Numbered from the stretch's first letter, positions 10,077 through 19,743 are shown. The stretch: 64,000 nt of DNA from an uncultured bacterium (GCA_949300345.1 CASGDR010000001.1:259835-323834), one strand, 5' to 3'. Numbers and translations: made by a program. Notes: generated by a model not told the origin, from the sequence alone.

Positions 10077-10951
10077 TTGAACCCGAATAGGCGGGAAAAG
10101 AACCCGCGCTTTTCTTTGAAGGAATTTCCGGAACTGAGGGCTTTCTTGACGGCTTCGTGCATCTCCATGGCCGAGCGATAACGCTCATCGGGATGCTTCC
10201 TGGTGGCCTTAAGGACGATCTGGTCAAGGGGCTTGCCGACCAAGGAATTGGATTTGCTGGGTTCGGGGAATCGGCCTTTGACATGAAGAAGGGCCACGTC
10301 CTCGGGGGTCGGGGCATCAAAGGGTACGGCCCCGGTCAATAGTTCATAGAAGACCACGCCCATCGAATAGATGTCGCTGGCCACCCCGGCTTCCTGGCCG
10401 AGGATGATTTCGGGGGCGGTATAGAAGATGGTACCGCTGACCCCATCGCCGGAAAGTTTCTCCCCTAGCATCGTGGAAATCCCGAAGTCGCTGATCTTGA
10501 TGGAACCATCGGGCAGATAGAAAAGGTTGTCCGGCTTGATGTCGCGGTGGATGATGCCGTGCCTGTGAATGTAGCTGACCCCGGAAGTAAGCTGGAGCAT
10601 GACCTCGCAGGCTTCCTTGGGCGAAAGGCAGTGGGTGGTCGAGAAGTTGAGAGTGTCCCTAAGGGTCTGTCCTTTGATGTATTCGTTGACCATGTAGGGA
10701 CGTCCGTCGACGATGCCCTGCCCATAGACCTTGACGATGTTGGGATCGTCTAGTGAGGCAGCCGCCACGCATTCGCGGGAGAAGCGGGCCACGTTGGAGG
10801 GATTGTCCATCATGTCTTCGCGCATGACCTTCAGGGTCACCGACTTATGGGTAAAGATGTCCATGGCTTCATAGACGTCGGCCATGCCTCCGTGGGCAAT
10901 GCGGCTGAGGACCTTGTAGCGGCCTTCTATTTTGTCGCCGATCCTAATCAT
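10073..10951 (-). CDS. prkC: Ser/Thr protein kinase, kinase domain only (no TM segment or PASTA repeats)
   Basis: 292 aa with the Hanks kinase motifs (HRDIKPDN, DFG, APE). The protein ends directly after the catalytic domain. Confidence 0.85.
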   Translation of the reverse strand: MIRIGDKIEGRYKVLSRIAHGGMADVYEAMDIFTHKSVTLKVMREDMMDNPSNVARFSRECVAAASLDDPNIVKVYGQGIVDGRPYMVNEYIKGQTLRDTLNFSTTHCLSPKEACEVMLQLTSGVSYIHRHGIIHRDIKPDNLFYLPDGSIKISDFGISTMLGEKLSGDGVSGTIFYTAPEIILGQEAGVASDIYSMGVVFYELLTGAVPFDAPTPEDVALLHVKGRFPEPSKSNSLVGKPLDQIVLKATRKHPDERYRSAMEMHEAVKKALSSGNSFKEKRGFFSRLFGFK

Positions 10952-11699
10952 GCTTGCTCTCCCATAATGCGATTCCGCAGTTGTCGCTTCCGCCCTTGTC
11001 GAGGGCCATGGCGATCAGGGTGTCCACCTTCTGGTCGGTCCTCAAGTCCATTTTCAGGGCCGCTTCCATCTCCTCTTCGGAGAGGGAATTATAGACCCCA
11101 TCGGTGCATAACATAACCGTCTGCCCTTCATAGTCAAGGACAACATAGGCTAATGACAAAGATGGATAGACGCCCATCGCGTTCATAAGCAGGTGGCGGT
11201 CTGGATGGGTCAAAGCCTGCTCCTTGGTAATCTTTCCGGTCCTGATGAGATAAGACACGTAGGACTGGTCCTCGGTCACCCTCTTGAAGCCGTCCTTTCC
11301 AAGGACATAGGCCCTAGAATCCCCGATGTTGGCGATGACGATCTTCTTCCCGGTAAATAGGGCCACAACCATGGTGGTGCCCATTCCTTTGAACAGGGCG
11401 GATTCCTCGGTAGCCCCATAGATCCGGCGGTTGGCCTTCTTCAAGGTGGCGTTGAGCCAGAGTTTGGAAAGTAGGACGTTCGGGAATTGGGGTTTCTTCA
11501 CGAAGGCTTCCGAGAGGGTGTCGACCGCGAGCTTGGAAGCATAGTCGCCCTTGTTGGCCCCGCCCATCCCGTCGGCGACCGAAAGCAAAAATTCTCCTTT
11601 GGCGCTATAAAGGGCGATGGCCCGGTCCTCATTGGTGAGCCTGACCCTTCCGATATCGGATTTGGTGGCGTAGTAGCCCTCTAGGCGCGGGGGTTTCAT
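10944..11699 (-). CDS. stp: PP2C-family Ser/Thr phosphatase
   Basis: 251 aa with ADGMGG and a PP2C metal-binding Asp pattern. It is paired with prkC. Confidence 0.85.
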   Translation of the reverse strand: MKPPRLEGYYATKSDIGRVRLTNEDRAIALYSAKGEFLLSVADGMGGANKGDYASKLAVDTLSEAFVKKPQFPNVLLSKLWLNATLKKANRRIYGATEESALFKGMGTTMVVALFTGKKIVIANIGDSRAYVLGKDGFKRVTEDQSYVSYLIRTGKITKEQALTHPDRHLLMNAMGVYPSLSLAYVVLDYEGQTVMLCTDGVYNSLSEEEMEAALKMDLRTDQKVDTLIAMALDKGGSDNCGIALWESKHD

Positions 11700-12733
11700 A
11701 GCACTTTTTTCTCCTTGGCCCTCAATTGGCCGCAGGCGGCATCGATATCCTTGCCGAATTCCTTCCTAACGGTCGCGTTGATTCCTCTTTTCAACAGCCG
11801 GTCATGGAAGGCCTTGACCTTATCTTTGGAAGAACGTCGGTAGGGTTTTTCCTTGACCGGATTATAGGGAATCAGGTTCACATAGGCGAGCATTCCCCTG
11901 ACCAAATCCGACAATTCGTCCGCATTTTGCAGCGAACCGTTGACCCCTTCTAGCAAGATGTATTCGAAAGTGACCCTCCTACCGGAGGATTCGATGTAAT
12001 CCTTGACCGCGGGAATGAGCTCATCAAGGGGATAGGCCCTAGCGATGGGCATCAGGCTCTCACGGATTTCCTGGTTCGGGGCATGGAGGGAGATGGCAAG
12101 GTTGATCTGCAGCCCCTCTTTTCCATACCGACGGATCTTATCGGGGATGCCACAGGTGGAAACGGTGATGTGCCTAGCGCCCATACCGATGCCTTTGGGA
12201 TCGTTGAGGATGCGGACGAAATCCATTACGTTATCGTAATTGTCAAAGGGCTCCCCTGTTCCCATCACCACGGCGTGCGACAAGGTCTCGAAGGAGGGTT
12301 TTAGGTATTCTTTGACGGCGAGGACCTGTCCGATCATCTCCCCGGCAGTGAGGTTCCTCTCCTTCTTGAGCAAGCCGGAGGCGCAGAAGGCGCAGCCCAT
12401 CGCGCAGCCGACCTGGCTGGAGAGGCAGATGACGTTGCCATAGTCATACCGCATGAGCACCGACTCGACCTTGCTATGGTCTTCGAGCTCAAAGAGGAAC
12501 TTTACCGTTCCGTCCTTGCTCTCCTGCCTTTTGACCTCATGGGGCAAAGCGGTATCGAAAATAGAGCAAAGCTCCTGCCTTAGAGGCAAGGAGAGATTGC
12601 TCATTTGGGAGATATCGTAAATGCCCTTGCGGTATACCCAGTCAAAGACCTGTTCGGCCCTGAACTTGCTTTGGCCGATTTGAAGGAAATGCCCCGCCAG
12701 TTTCTCCCTCGTCAACGAGAAGAGGCTAGACAA
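11696..12733 (-). CDS. rlmN: 23S rRNA (adenine2503-C2)-methyltransferase, radical SAM
   Basis: 345 aa carrying the CxxxCxxC motif as GCAMGCAFCASG. Confidence 0.9.
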   Translation of the reverse strand: MSSLFSLTREKLAGHFLQIGQSKFRAEQVFDWVYRKGIYDISQMSNLSLPLRQELCSIFDTALPHEVKRQESKDGTVKFLFELEDHSKVESVLMRYDYGNVICLSSQVGCAMGCAFCASGLLKKERNLTAGEMIGQVLAVKEYLKPSFETLSHAVVMGTGEPFDNYDNVMDFVRILNDPKGIGMGARHITVSTCGIPDKIRRYGKEGLQINLAISLHAPNQEIRESLMPIARAYPLDELIPAVKDYIESSGRRVTFEYILLEGVNGSLQNADELSDLVRGMLAYVNLIPYNPVKEKPYRRSSKDKVKAFHDRLLKRGINATVRKEFGKDIDAACGQLRAKEKKVL

Positions 12734-12737
12734 GGGT

Positions 12738-14114
12738 TTAGCCTCCTATATGGTTCTCGCCCAAGGGATTTTCGACTTGGTTGCGAGGTTCAAGGGCGGC
12801 TTCGAGCTGGTTGAGCTTGCCTTCCAGCATGGAGAGGTCAACCAAGGGGGTTTCGGCCTGGGGACGGAGGGTTTCCTTCTTGAGGACGGCTACGAAATAG
12901 GAAGTGGCCAGATCCTCGAAGGGGAAGCCCTGCTTCATCTCCACCACATGGAATTCGGGATGGTCGGCCACGAAGGCGTTGATCGTCGAGGGGCCTTCCT
13001 TCTTGGAAATGGTGTAGATGAGATAGACGAGCAGCCCGCCTTCTTCCACATGGGCAGCGCAGCCTCCGAGCATGGTCTTTTCCCTCTGGTAGATGCCATC
13101 CATGTCCTCGGTCTTGAAATGGAGCAGGAAGTCCGGGGAAGAGGGTATGGCGTCGAAGTCGGTGGAATCAGGCACGCAGAAGACCAGGCTCTGGGGCTTG
13201 GAGATATGCGAAACCATGGCATCGGGCTGGGCTTCGAAGAAATTGATGTTCTTGAGGTTCTTGTCGCGCAGCCTCTTGGTGATATGGACGAACTTGTCCT
13301 TGGAATAGACGCCGATGTTAAGACCGACCTTCTCGCCATAGGACTCGATGAACTCGTCGATGATCGAGGTCTCCTTGGCCCCGCAGAAGAGCAAGGCTTC
13401 CTTGGGATCTTCGACCCGATACTTGTCGGTGATGGCCTTGGTGGCCGGGCGGATTTCATAGACGATGCCCCGGCGGAAGCACTCCTGCTTCCTAAGCGGG
13501 GTCTTGCCGACGTATTCGAGGACTTCGGGGACCACGGTGGCCGCGAAATCGCCGGATTTGACGAGGTCTTCGGCCTTGGTGTTGCCCTGCCTTAGCCTCA
13601 CGAAGGTCCTCGCGGGCCTGGAGTTGGAATGCAGGACCTTGTAGGTGGTTCCGTTACCGAAATGCTCGAGGATCTTGATGACCCAGGTCGGGGTATTGAA
13701 CCTAAGGGAGAGGTAAGTGGTAGAACCCGGATGGACCTCAGGCATGTATTCCTTGGGGTTTCCGGCCTTTTCCAGATACGGGGTAAGGGAGGCGAGTTTT
13801 TCTTCGCCGATGGTTTCCTTCAGGTGGGCGATGACATCATCCTTCTCGATGCGCTTGAAGAAATAGAGGTCGGCTAGGGCCAAGGCGGCTTCCCGGCGGT
13901 CCGACTCGCTGAAGCCTTCCAATGAGGCGTCGGAAAGGATATAGTCGAACATCAGGTGATGCCTGAGTTCGCATCCTACCAAACCGGCGACCATGGGCCT
14001 CAGAGCCCTGATCGATTCGTCGGGCTGGAAGACCTTGCGCAGGGCTTCCCCGAATTGGGTATCCCCGTCCAGGATGTCGTCCAGGATCTGCCTGGAAATG
14101 GAGAGTTCTTTCAT
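12738..14114 (-). CDS. RsmB/Sun-like protein with an N-terminal NusB-like domain and a degenerate m5C methyltransferase domain
   Basis: 458 aa sitting where rsmB lies in the Bacillus operon. Motif I reads LLFCGAKETS instead of DLCAAPGGKT, motif IV reads VPDS instead of APCS, and motif VI reads TIS instead of TCS, so both catalytic cysteines are absent. Confidence 0.65.
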   Translation of the reverse strand: MKELSISRQILDDILDGDTQFGEALRKVFQPDESIRALRPMVAGLVGCELRHHLMFDYILSDASLEGFSESDRREAALALADLYFFKRIEKDDVIAHLKETIGEEKLASLTPYLEKAGNPKEYMPEVHPGSTTYLSLRFNTPTWVIKILEHFGNGTTYKVLHSNSRPARTFVRLRQGNTKAEDLVKSGDFAATVVPEVLEYVGKTPLRKQECFRRGIVYEIRPATKAITDKYRVEDPKEALLFCGAKETSIIDEFIESYGEKVGLNIGVYSKDKFVHITKRLRDKNLKNINFFEAQPDAMVSHISKPQSLVFCVPDSTDFDAIPSSPDFLLHFKTEDMDGIYQREKTMLGGCAAHVEEGGLLVYLIYTISKKEGPSTINAFVADHPEFHVVEMKQGFPFEDLATSYFVAVLKKETLRPQAETPLVDLSMLEGKLNQLEAALEPRNQVENPLGENHIGG

Positions 14115-14126
14115 GTTCCTTCCTCC

Positions 14127-14693
14127 TTATTCATGGTGATGGCAGCAGCAATGTCCATCAGCGCATTCGTGTTCGTGTTGTTCCTTGGCCTCGCGGCGCT
14201 GGAGTTCCTCTTCGATCTTCTCGTCGAGGTTTTCGAAGGTGTTGCCTAGATAAATCTGGCTGGGGTCGTTGTAGTCCAGGTCGGGACGGGAACGGGGGTC
14301 TCCTTCGCCTTCGTATTCCTCGTCATATTCCTCCTCAGCCACGATGTTGCTTTCAGTGATGTGGAGGGGATAATCGGGGTTTTTGTGTTCATAGACCCTA
14401 TCCTCGGAGTAGCGGAAGTAAATCTTCAGGTGGATGGAGAATTCCGAGAGGGTGCTTATCAGGTATTTGGCGATCTTGTCCTCGATGGAGGCATAGGCGC
14501 CCGGGCATTCGACGCAGACATAGGTATTCCAGGAAGTCTGTTCCACCCCTTCATGGAAGATGGTTCCATATGGGGCATAGAAGTCGATTTCCTCAGGCGC
14601 TACCTCAAAAAGCTGGGCCAGTTGTTCCCCGTGCTTCTTCGAATAGTGTCCCACTACGAATTGGTCGAGACCGCGTATTGAAATGAGAATCAT
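14127..14693 (-). CDS. hypothetical protein (DUF1904-like N-terminal domain) with an acidic linker and a C-terminal Cys/His-rich tail
   Basis: The ORF track places the start at a GTG at 14723. The ATG at 14693 has an AAGGA RBS and is the more likely start. The C-terminus reads ...EQHEHECADGHCCCHHHE. Confidence 0.4.
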   Translation of the reverse strand: MILISIRGLDQFVVGHYSKKHGEQLAQLFEVAPEEIDFYAPYGTIFHEGVEQTSWNTYVCVECPGAYASIEDKIAKYLISTLSEFSIHLKIYFRYSEDRVYEHKNPDYPLHITESNIVAEEEYDEEYEGEGDPRSRPDLDYNDPSQIYLGNTFENLDEKIEEELQRREAKEQHEHECADGHCCCHHHE

Positions 14694-14730
14694 GTTAGTC
14701 CTTACGTTGTGATATGTTATCACAAATCTT

Positions 14731-16926
14731 CTAGCAATCTATGGGGTCTCGTTCGATTTGGATGTCGACCCCGCCCTTTCCGGATAGCAAAGGCACGGTT
14801 TTGGATAGGTAATCGGTCAGTCCCTCGTCCTTCTTGAACTTGATGAGGACCTCACGTCTATAGACGTCCCCGAGCTTGCTGAAGAAGGGAACCCGCGGGC
14901 CGATGACCGTTGTCGTTTCAAAGCCTTTTTGGTCGAGGGCCAGCTTCATGTCCATTGCGGTTTGCGTCGTCCTTTCCTCATTTTTTCCTTGGAAGGTCAA
15001 AAGGATCAGATAGACATAGGGCGGATATTGGAAGGCCTTGCGGTTGGCCATCTCCTGGTGATAGAAGCCCTGATAGTCCTGCTTGGCCCCATAGACCACA
15101 GCATAGTGGTTGGGACTATAGGTCTGGATATAGGCTTCCCCCATCTTGGAGGCCCGGCCGCTACGGCCTACGGATTGTGCAATAAGACCAAAGGATCGCT
15201 CGGCGGCCCGATAGGTCGGAAGGTTCAGCCCAATGTCGGCCAGAACGTCCCCGACCAAGGTCACCAAGGGAAAATCATGGCCCTTGGCAATCATCTGGGT
15301 GCCGACCATGATGTCGTATTTGTGTTCCCTAAAAGAAGAGAGAATCTCATATACGGATTTGGGGTTTTTGGCACTGTCCGAATCCATCCTCACGGCCCTT
15401 GCTTGGGGGAATAGCTCCCCTATTTCCTTCATGACCCGTTCGGTGCCATAGCCGATGCGGTGCATCTTGGGCTGGCCGCATTCGGGGCAAAGCGATTCGA
15501 CCCGCCTGACAAAGCCGCAGCGGTGGCATTTGAGCAGCCGGTCTTCCTTATGGTAGGTAAGGGGCGTGTGGCATTCGGGGCATTCATAGACAAAGCCGCA
15601 GTTGGCGCAGGCGATATAGGAGGAATATCCCCTTCTATTTAAAAGCAGGATGGCCTGTTCTTTCTTCTCGAGTTTTTCCCTTAGCTTTTCTATCAGTTCT
15701 TTGGAGAAGATGTGCTTTTCGCTTCCCCTTTCGCTTTTCTCCCGCATGTCGATGATCTTGGTAAGCGGAAGGTTCTGCTCGTTTACCCTCTGGCCCATGT
15801 ATGAATAGCCATAGACCCCCCGGTCGGCCCTAGCCCGTGTTTCCAATGATGGGGTAGCCGAACCCAGTATGACCTTGCAAGCACTTCTACGGCCGCGGAT
15901 TATGGCCACTTCCCTAGCGTGGTAGAAAGGAGGCTTGTCGGCTTTATAGGACTCGGTATGTTCTTCGTCGATGACGATGAGTCCGATGTCGGACAAAGGG
16001 GCAAACACCGCCGAGCGGGCTCCGACCACGATGCGGGCCCCGCCGTTTTTTATGCGGCGGTATTCGTCGTATTTCTGGGCTGGGGTAAGGCCCGAATGGA
16101 GGATGGCGATCTTCTCGCCGAAGCGGCGGGAAAAATAGTCCACCATGACGGGAGTAAGGTTGATTTCGGGAACCAGCATCAGGACGTTCTTGCCTTCTTT
16201 GAGCACTACCTCAGAAAGGCGGAGATAGACCTCGGTCTTTCCCGAACCGGTCACCCCTTCAAGCAGGATCACATCCTTGTCGGAGGCAATGATTTCCTCG
16301 AATGCATTCCTTTGCACCGGGGTCATCTCATGGGCTTCCTCGCGTTCTGCAGTTGGGATGCAAAGCCTTTCTTTTTCCCGCAAAACCACCCTGGCCCGAC
16401 CGATTTTGATGAGGTTTTCCATCGCGGTTTTGCTGGGAGCCTCCCGGCATGGAAAGGTCCCTAGGCGTACCAGCATGCGGGAGAGTTCGATCTGTTTGTC
16501 GGTGAGTCCTTCTTCGCTAGGGTCGACCAGCTCAAGCCACTTCTCATAGGCGATCTTGGGTCCTTTCAAGGAGGAACTCCGGGGGCTCAGGCTTTTGGGG
16601 AGCATGGCCTGAAGGACGCTGATGAGGGGCGAAAGGTAATAGCGGCTCACCTCAAGGGCCATATCCATAGCTTCTTTGTCCAAAAGCGGTTCGACGTCGA
16701 TGACCCGGTCGATGAAGCGAAGGGGCCTATCGTAATCCTTTTGGATCTCTTCCAAGGGCCGGGGGTCCTCCCTGAGCGAGAGGACGAAGCCCATGATCTT
16801 CTGATGGCCGAACGGCACCATGACGCGGAAGGTTTCCCCGATCGGGGCCTTTCCGTCATAAAGATAGGTAAAAGGGCCGCTAAGCGACTGTTTGTCCCTT
16901 TCGGGCAAAACCTCAAGGATCTTCAT
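14731..16926 (-). CDS. priA: primosomal protein N' (PriA helicase)
   Basis: 731 aa with Walker A GVTGSGKT, a DEEH box, and the zinc-binding insert CPECHTPLTYH...CHRCG. Confidence 0.9.
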   Translation of the reverse strand: MKILEVLPERDKQSLSGPFTYLYDGKAPIGETFRVMVPFGHQKIMGFVLSLREDPRPLEEIQKDYDRPLRFIDRVIDVEPLLDKEAMDMALEVSRYYLSPLISVLQAMLPKSLSPRSSSLKGPKIAYEKWLELVDPSEEGLTDKQIELSRMLVRLGTFPCREAPSKTAMENLIKIGRARVVLREKERLCIPTAEREEAHEMTPVQRNAFEEIIASDKDVILLEGVTGSGKTEVYLRLSEVVLKEGKNVLMLVPEINLTPVMVDYFSRRFGEKIAILHSGLTPAQKYDEYRRIKNGGARIVVGARSAVFAPLSDIGLIVIDEEHTESYKADKPPFYHAREVAIIRGRRSACKVILGSATPSLETRARADRGVYGYSYMGQRVNEQNLPLTKIIDMREKSERGSEKHIFSKELIEKLREKLEKKEQAILLLNRRGYSSYIACANCGFVYECPECHTPLTYHKEDRLLKCHRCGFVRRVESLCPECGQPKMHRIGYGTERVMKEIGELFPQARAVRMDSDSAKNPKSVYEILSSFREHKYDIMVGTQMIAKGHDFPLVTLVGDVLADIGLNLPTYRAAERSFGLIAQSVGRSGRASKMGEAYIQTYSPNHYAVVYGAKQDYQGFYHQEMANRKAFQYPPYVYLILLTFQGKNEERTTQTAMDMKLALDQKGFETTTVIGPRVPFFSKLGDVYRREVLIKFKKDEGLTDYLSKTVPLLSGKGGVDIQIERDPIDC

Positions 16927-17507
16927 TGGGCCTGTTCGATGCGCTTAGAGATGATGGCGGCTACCTCCCCGGCAGCCCTATCGACGGTGTCGTTGACGAC
17001 CACGTATTGGTAATAATGTCCGCATTCGAGTTCCGAACGGGCCTTCTCCATCCTTTCCTGGATGATTTCGTCGGGCTCGGTCGAACGATTCTTGATCCTG
17101 GCAATCAGGTCAGCGAATGAGGGTGGCTTCAGGAAGATGGAAACCACGCCGGGATCCTCGCTATATTTGCCAAGGACCTGCAGGGTGCCCGAGACCTCGA
17201 TTTCCAGTAGCACGTTCTTGCCCTCCAGCCTCATGGCCTCGACCTTGTCCTTGGGGGTACCGTAGTAGTTGCCCACGAATTTGGCGTACTCGAGCAGATT
17301 CCCCGAATTGATGTTCTTCTTGAACTCGCTTTCGGAGACGAAATAGTATTCGCGGCCGTTAACCTCTCCCGGACGCATCTTCCTCGTGGTCATGGAAATG
17401 GAATAGTAAAGGTTCAGCGAACCGTCTTTGATCAGTTCGTTCCTGACCGTCCCCTTTCCGACGCCGGAAGGTCCCGAGAGTATAATCAAAAGGCCTTTCT
17501 TATACAT
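16923..17507 (-). CDS. gmk: guanylate kinase
   Basis: 194 aa with P-loop GPSGVGKGT and the GMP-binding residues. Confidence 0.9.
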   Translation of the reverse strand: MYKKGLLIILSGPSGVGKGTVRNELIKDGSLNLYYSISMTTRKMRPGEVNGREYYFVSESEFKKNINSGNLLEYAKFVGNYYGTPKDKVEAMRLEGKNVLLEIEVSGTLQVLGKYSEDPGVVSIFLKPPSFADLIARIKNRSTEPDEIIQERMEKARSELECGHYYQYVVVNDTVDRAAGEVAAIISKRIEQAQ

Positions 17508-17560
17508 ATTTGGAATTATAGTCCTTGGATTGAGATAACAAAACTCGTTATCATGCTCCC

Positions 17561-18955
17561 ATGGCCTACCAAGCCCCTTTTTTCAAGTTATTGGCCTCCG
17601 ATTTGGACCAGAAACTATCGCTCCACCATCTATCGCGTCCCCTTCTTTACACCAAAAAGGCGCTTTTCCTATCTATTTCGGGTTCTCCCTACAAGCGGCT
17701 GGCCATCGTTTTGGACCCCCGCTTCCCCCGGATTTACCCCCTAAATGAGGAAGAAAAGACCAAGGGAATCGAAACTCCTTTTTTACAATCCTTGGCCAAG
17801 GAAATGCATAATGCCTTGGTTCAAAGGGTCGTCCAATTTGAAGAAGACCGCATCATCGCTTTGGAAATGCAGGTCAATGACGAGGCCTTCCGTCCCGTCT
17901 CTAGGACCCTCGTCATCGAACTCTTGCCTAGGGCCAACCTCATCTTGCTTAATGAGGATAGGAAGGTCCTTTCTTCCTATCGCCCCGAAGGCCTGGATTC
18001 GCCCCGCCCTTTGCTCCGCGGCATGGATTATCAGGCTCCTAATAAACCAGATTACATAGCCAGCAAAACCTATGATGGGGACGATTTGAAAAACTACTAT
18101 GAAGAATGTCTGGCCCGGCATCCTTTGCTAAGGGAAGAAAGGCGCAAGGAAAGATACGGCCCCCTCATCGAAAAAGAGAAAAGGAAAGAGAAGCTTCTGC
18201 TACGGAAGCTACAAGCCTTCGATATGGATGAGGCCAAGGCCAAAGAACACATCAACGACAATCTGATCGGCGATGCCCTTTATGTGGGCGAAGGCCTGGA
18301 TTTGGAAAAAGGCATCCTTGAATTCAAAAACGAAATCATCCAGTTCGATCCCCATGAGAGGCTCTCAAGCGTGGCCGCCAAATTCTATTCGCGGGCCAGG
18401 AAGGCCAAGGTCGCTCTAAAGAGGGTTGAGGAAAACCGGGCCATCGCCAAAAAGGAACTTGAGGAAACCCAAGAGAAGATCGAAATGCTCAATGAGGCCG
18501 ATGAGGATCTGCTTGAGGAATATCTGCCCCAGAGCCAAGGGAAAACCAATAGGAAGAGCAAAGCCAATCCCGATAAGCTGCCCTATCCCATGAGCATGAA
18601 CCACAAAGGCGTGACCATTCTTTTCGGACGCTCGGCCAAGGAAAACGATTGCCTCTCCTTCATGGTGGATACTTCCAAGGAGCACCTTTGGCTCCATGTC
18701 CAGGAAGGGACCGGCGCCCACGTCATGATCAAGAAGGAAAATCCTAACGATGAGGAAATCCTCGCTGCCGCTACGGTGGCCCTACTAGCCTCAAACCGCA
18801 CCGACGGACGGGTCATGTATACCCTTAGGAAGAACGTCAAGCGCGGCAAGGTTCCGGGACAAGCCATCGTCTCGACCTACAAGAGCCTCCATGTGAGCAA
18901 GATCGATCCCGAGGTCAAATCTTCCTACCGCAAGGCCAAGCGCTACCAACCATGA
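17561..18955 (+). CDS. rqcH: ribosome quality control protein RqcH (NFACT family, FbpA-like), short form
   Basis: 464 aa with an NFACT-N domain, a coiled-coil middle, and a C-terminal NFACT-R/DUF814 segment (GRSAKENDCLSF...HLWLHVQEGTGAHVMI). Confidence 0.7.
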   Translation: MAYQAPFFKLLASDLDQKLSLHHLSRPLLYTKKALFLSISGSPYKRLAIVLDPRFPRIYPLNEEEKTKGIETPFLQSLAKEMHNALVQRVVQFEEDRIIALEMQVNDEAFRPVSRTLVIELLPRANLILLNEDRKVLSSYRPEGLDSPRPLLRGMDYQAPNKPDYIASKTYDGDDLKNYYEECLARHPLLREERRKERYGPLIEKEKRKEKLLLRKLQAFDMDEAKAKEHINDNLIGDALYVGEGLDLEKGILEFKNEIIQFDPHERLSSVAAKFYSRARKAKVALKRVEENRAIAKKELEETQEKIEMLNEADEDLLEEYLPQSQGKTNRKSKANPDKLPYPMSMNHKGVTILFGRSAKENDCLSFMVDTSKEHLWLHVQEGTGAHVMIKKENPNDEEILAAATVALLASNRTDGRVMYTLRKNVKRGKVPGQAIVSTYKSLHVSKIDPEVKSSYRKAKRYQP

Positions 18956-19743
18956 ACAAAGTCGAATTCGAAAACCTGATAAAAAGCGGGGCACTCACTC
19001 TAGGCGAAGGCATCAACAACCTCACCTACCTGAATGGCGGTTTTGTCCTAAGAAAGAAGATTGACCATGACACCCCTTTCTATGACCCCGAGACAGAAAA
19101 AAGAGCCTTGCTGCTCGCCTCTAGGGCACATCTTTCCCCCGAGGTCATTTATTTCGAAAAAGGGAACCTAGCAACCTCTTACCTAAGGGGATATCGGGAG
19201 TTCCTAGGTCCGGATACTTCCAAAGAAAACGTCGCAAAACTAGCTTCCTTTATCAAAAAGCTCCATAGTCTCTCTACCGATGGACTACCGGGTTTTTCCC
19301 TTCTGGAAAGGCTATATGCCTATAAGGATAGCTGCAATCCCCTAAGGGAAATACCTAACGAAGAAACGCTAATCAACTCTTATAAGAACATCGTTGAACC
19401 CGCACCGGTCTTTTCCCATAACGATATCGTAAAAGGCAATGTCCTGATGAATGCCGAAGGCGATATCAAGATCATCGATTTCGAATTCGCTTCCCTCAAT
19501 TCCCCCTACTTCGACCTCGCATCCTTTTTAAGCGAGAACAATGTAAGAGACGAGGAAAGAAAGACCCTGTTCTTAGAAACCTATTTCGCCAGGCCGCTTG
19601 ATGGAAAAGAAAAAGAGGCCATCGATACATACATTTCCCTGCTTGATCTACTATGGCACTACTGGGCCCTGAAACGTTATGAACAATCCAAGGAGCCCGT
19701 CTTCCTTGAAATAGCCAAGGAAAAACTCACTCACCTTCTTTAG
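18952..19743 (+). CDS. choline/ethanolamine-kinase-like phosphotransferase (APH/ChoK fold)
   Basis: 263 aa with the Brenner motif HNDIVKGNVLM and IIDFEFAS. Its start overlaps the rqcH stop (ATGA). Confidence 0.65.
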   Translation: MNKVEFENLIKSGALTLGEGINNLTYLNGGFVLRKKIDHDTPFYDPETEKRALLLASRAHLSPEVIYFEKGNLATSYLRGYREFLGPDTSKENVAKLASFIKKLHSLSTDGLPGFSLLERLYAYKDSCNPLREIPNEETLINSYKNIVEPAPVFSHNDIVKGNVLMNAEGDIKIIDFEFASLNSPYFDLASFLSENNVRDEERKTLFLETYFARPLDGKEKEAIDTYISLLDLLWHYWALKRYEQSKEPVFLEIAKEKLTHLL

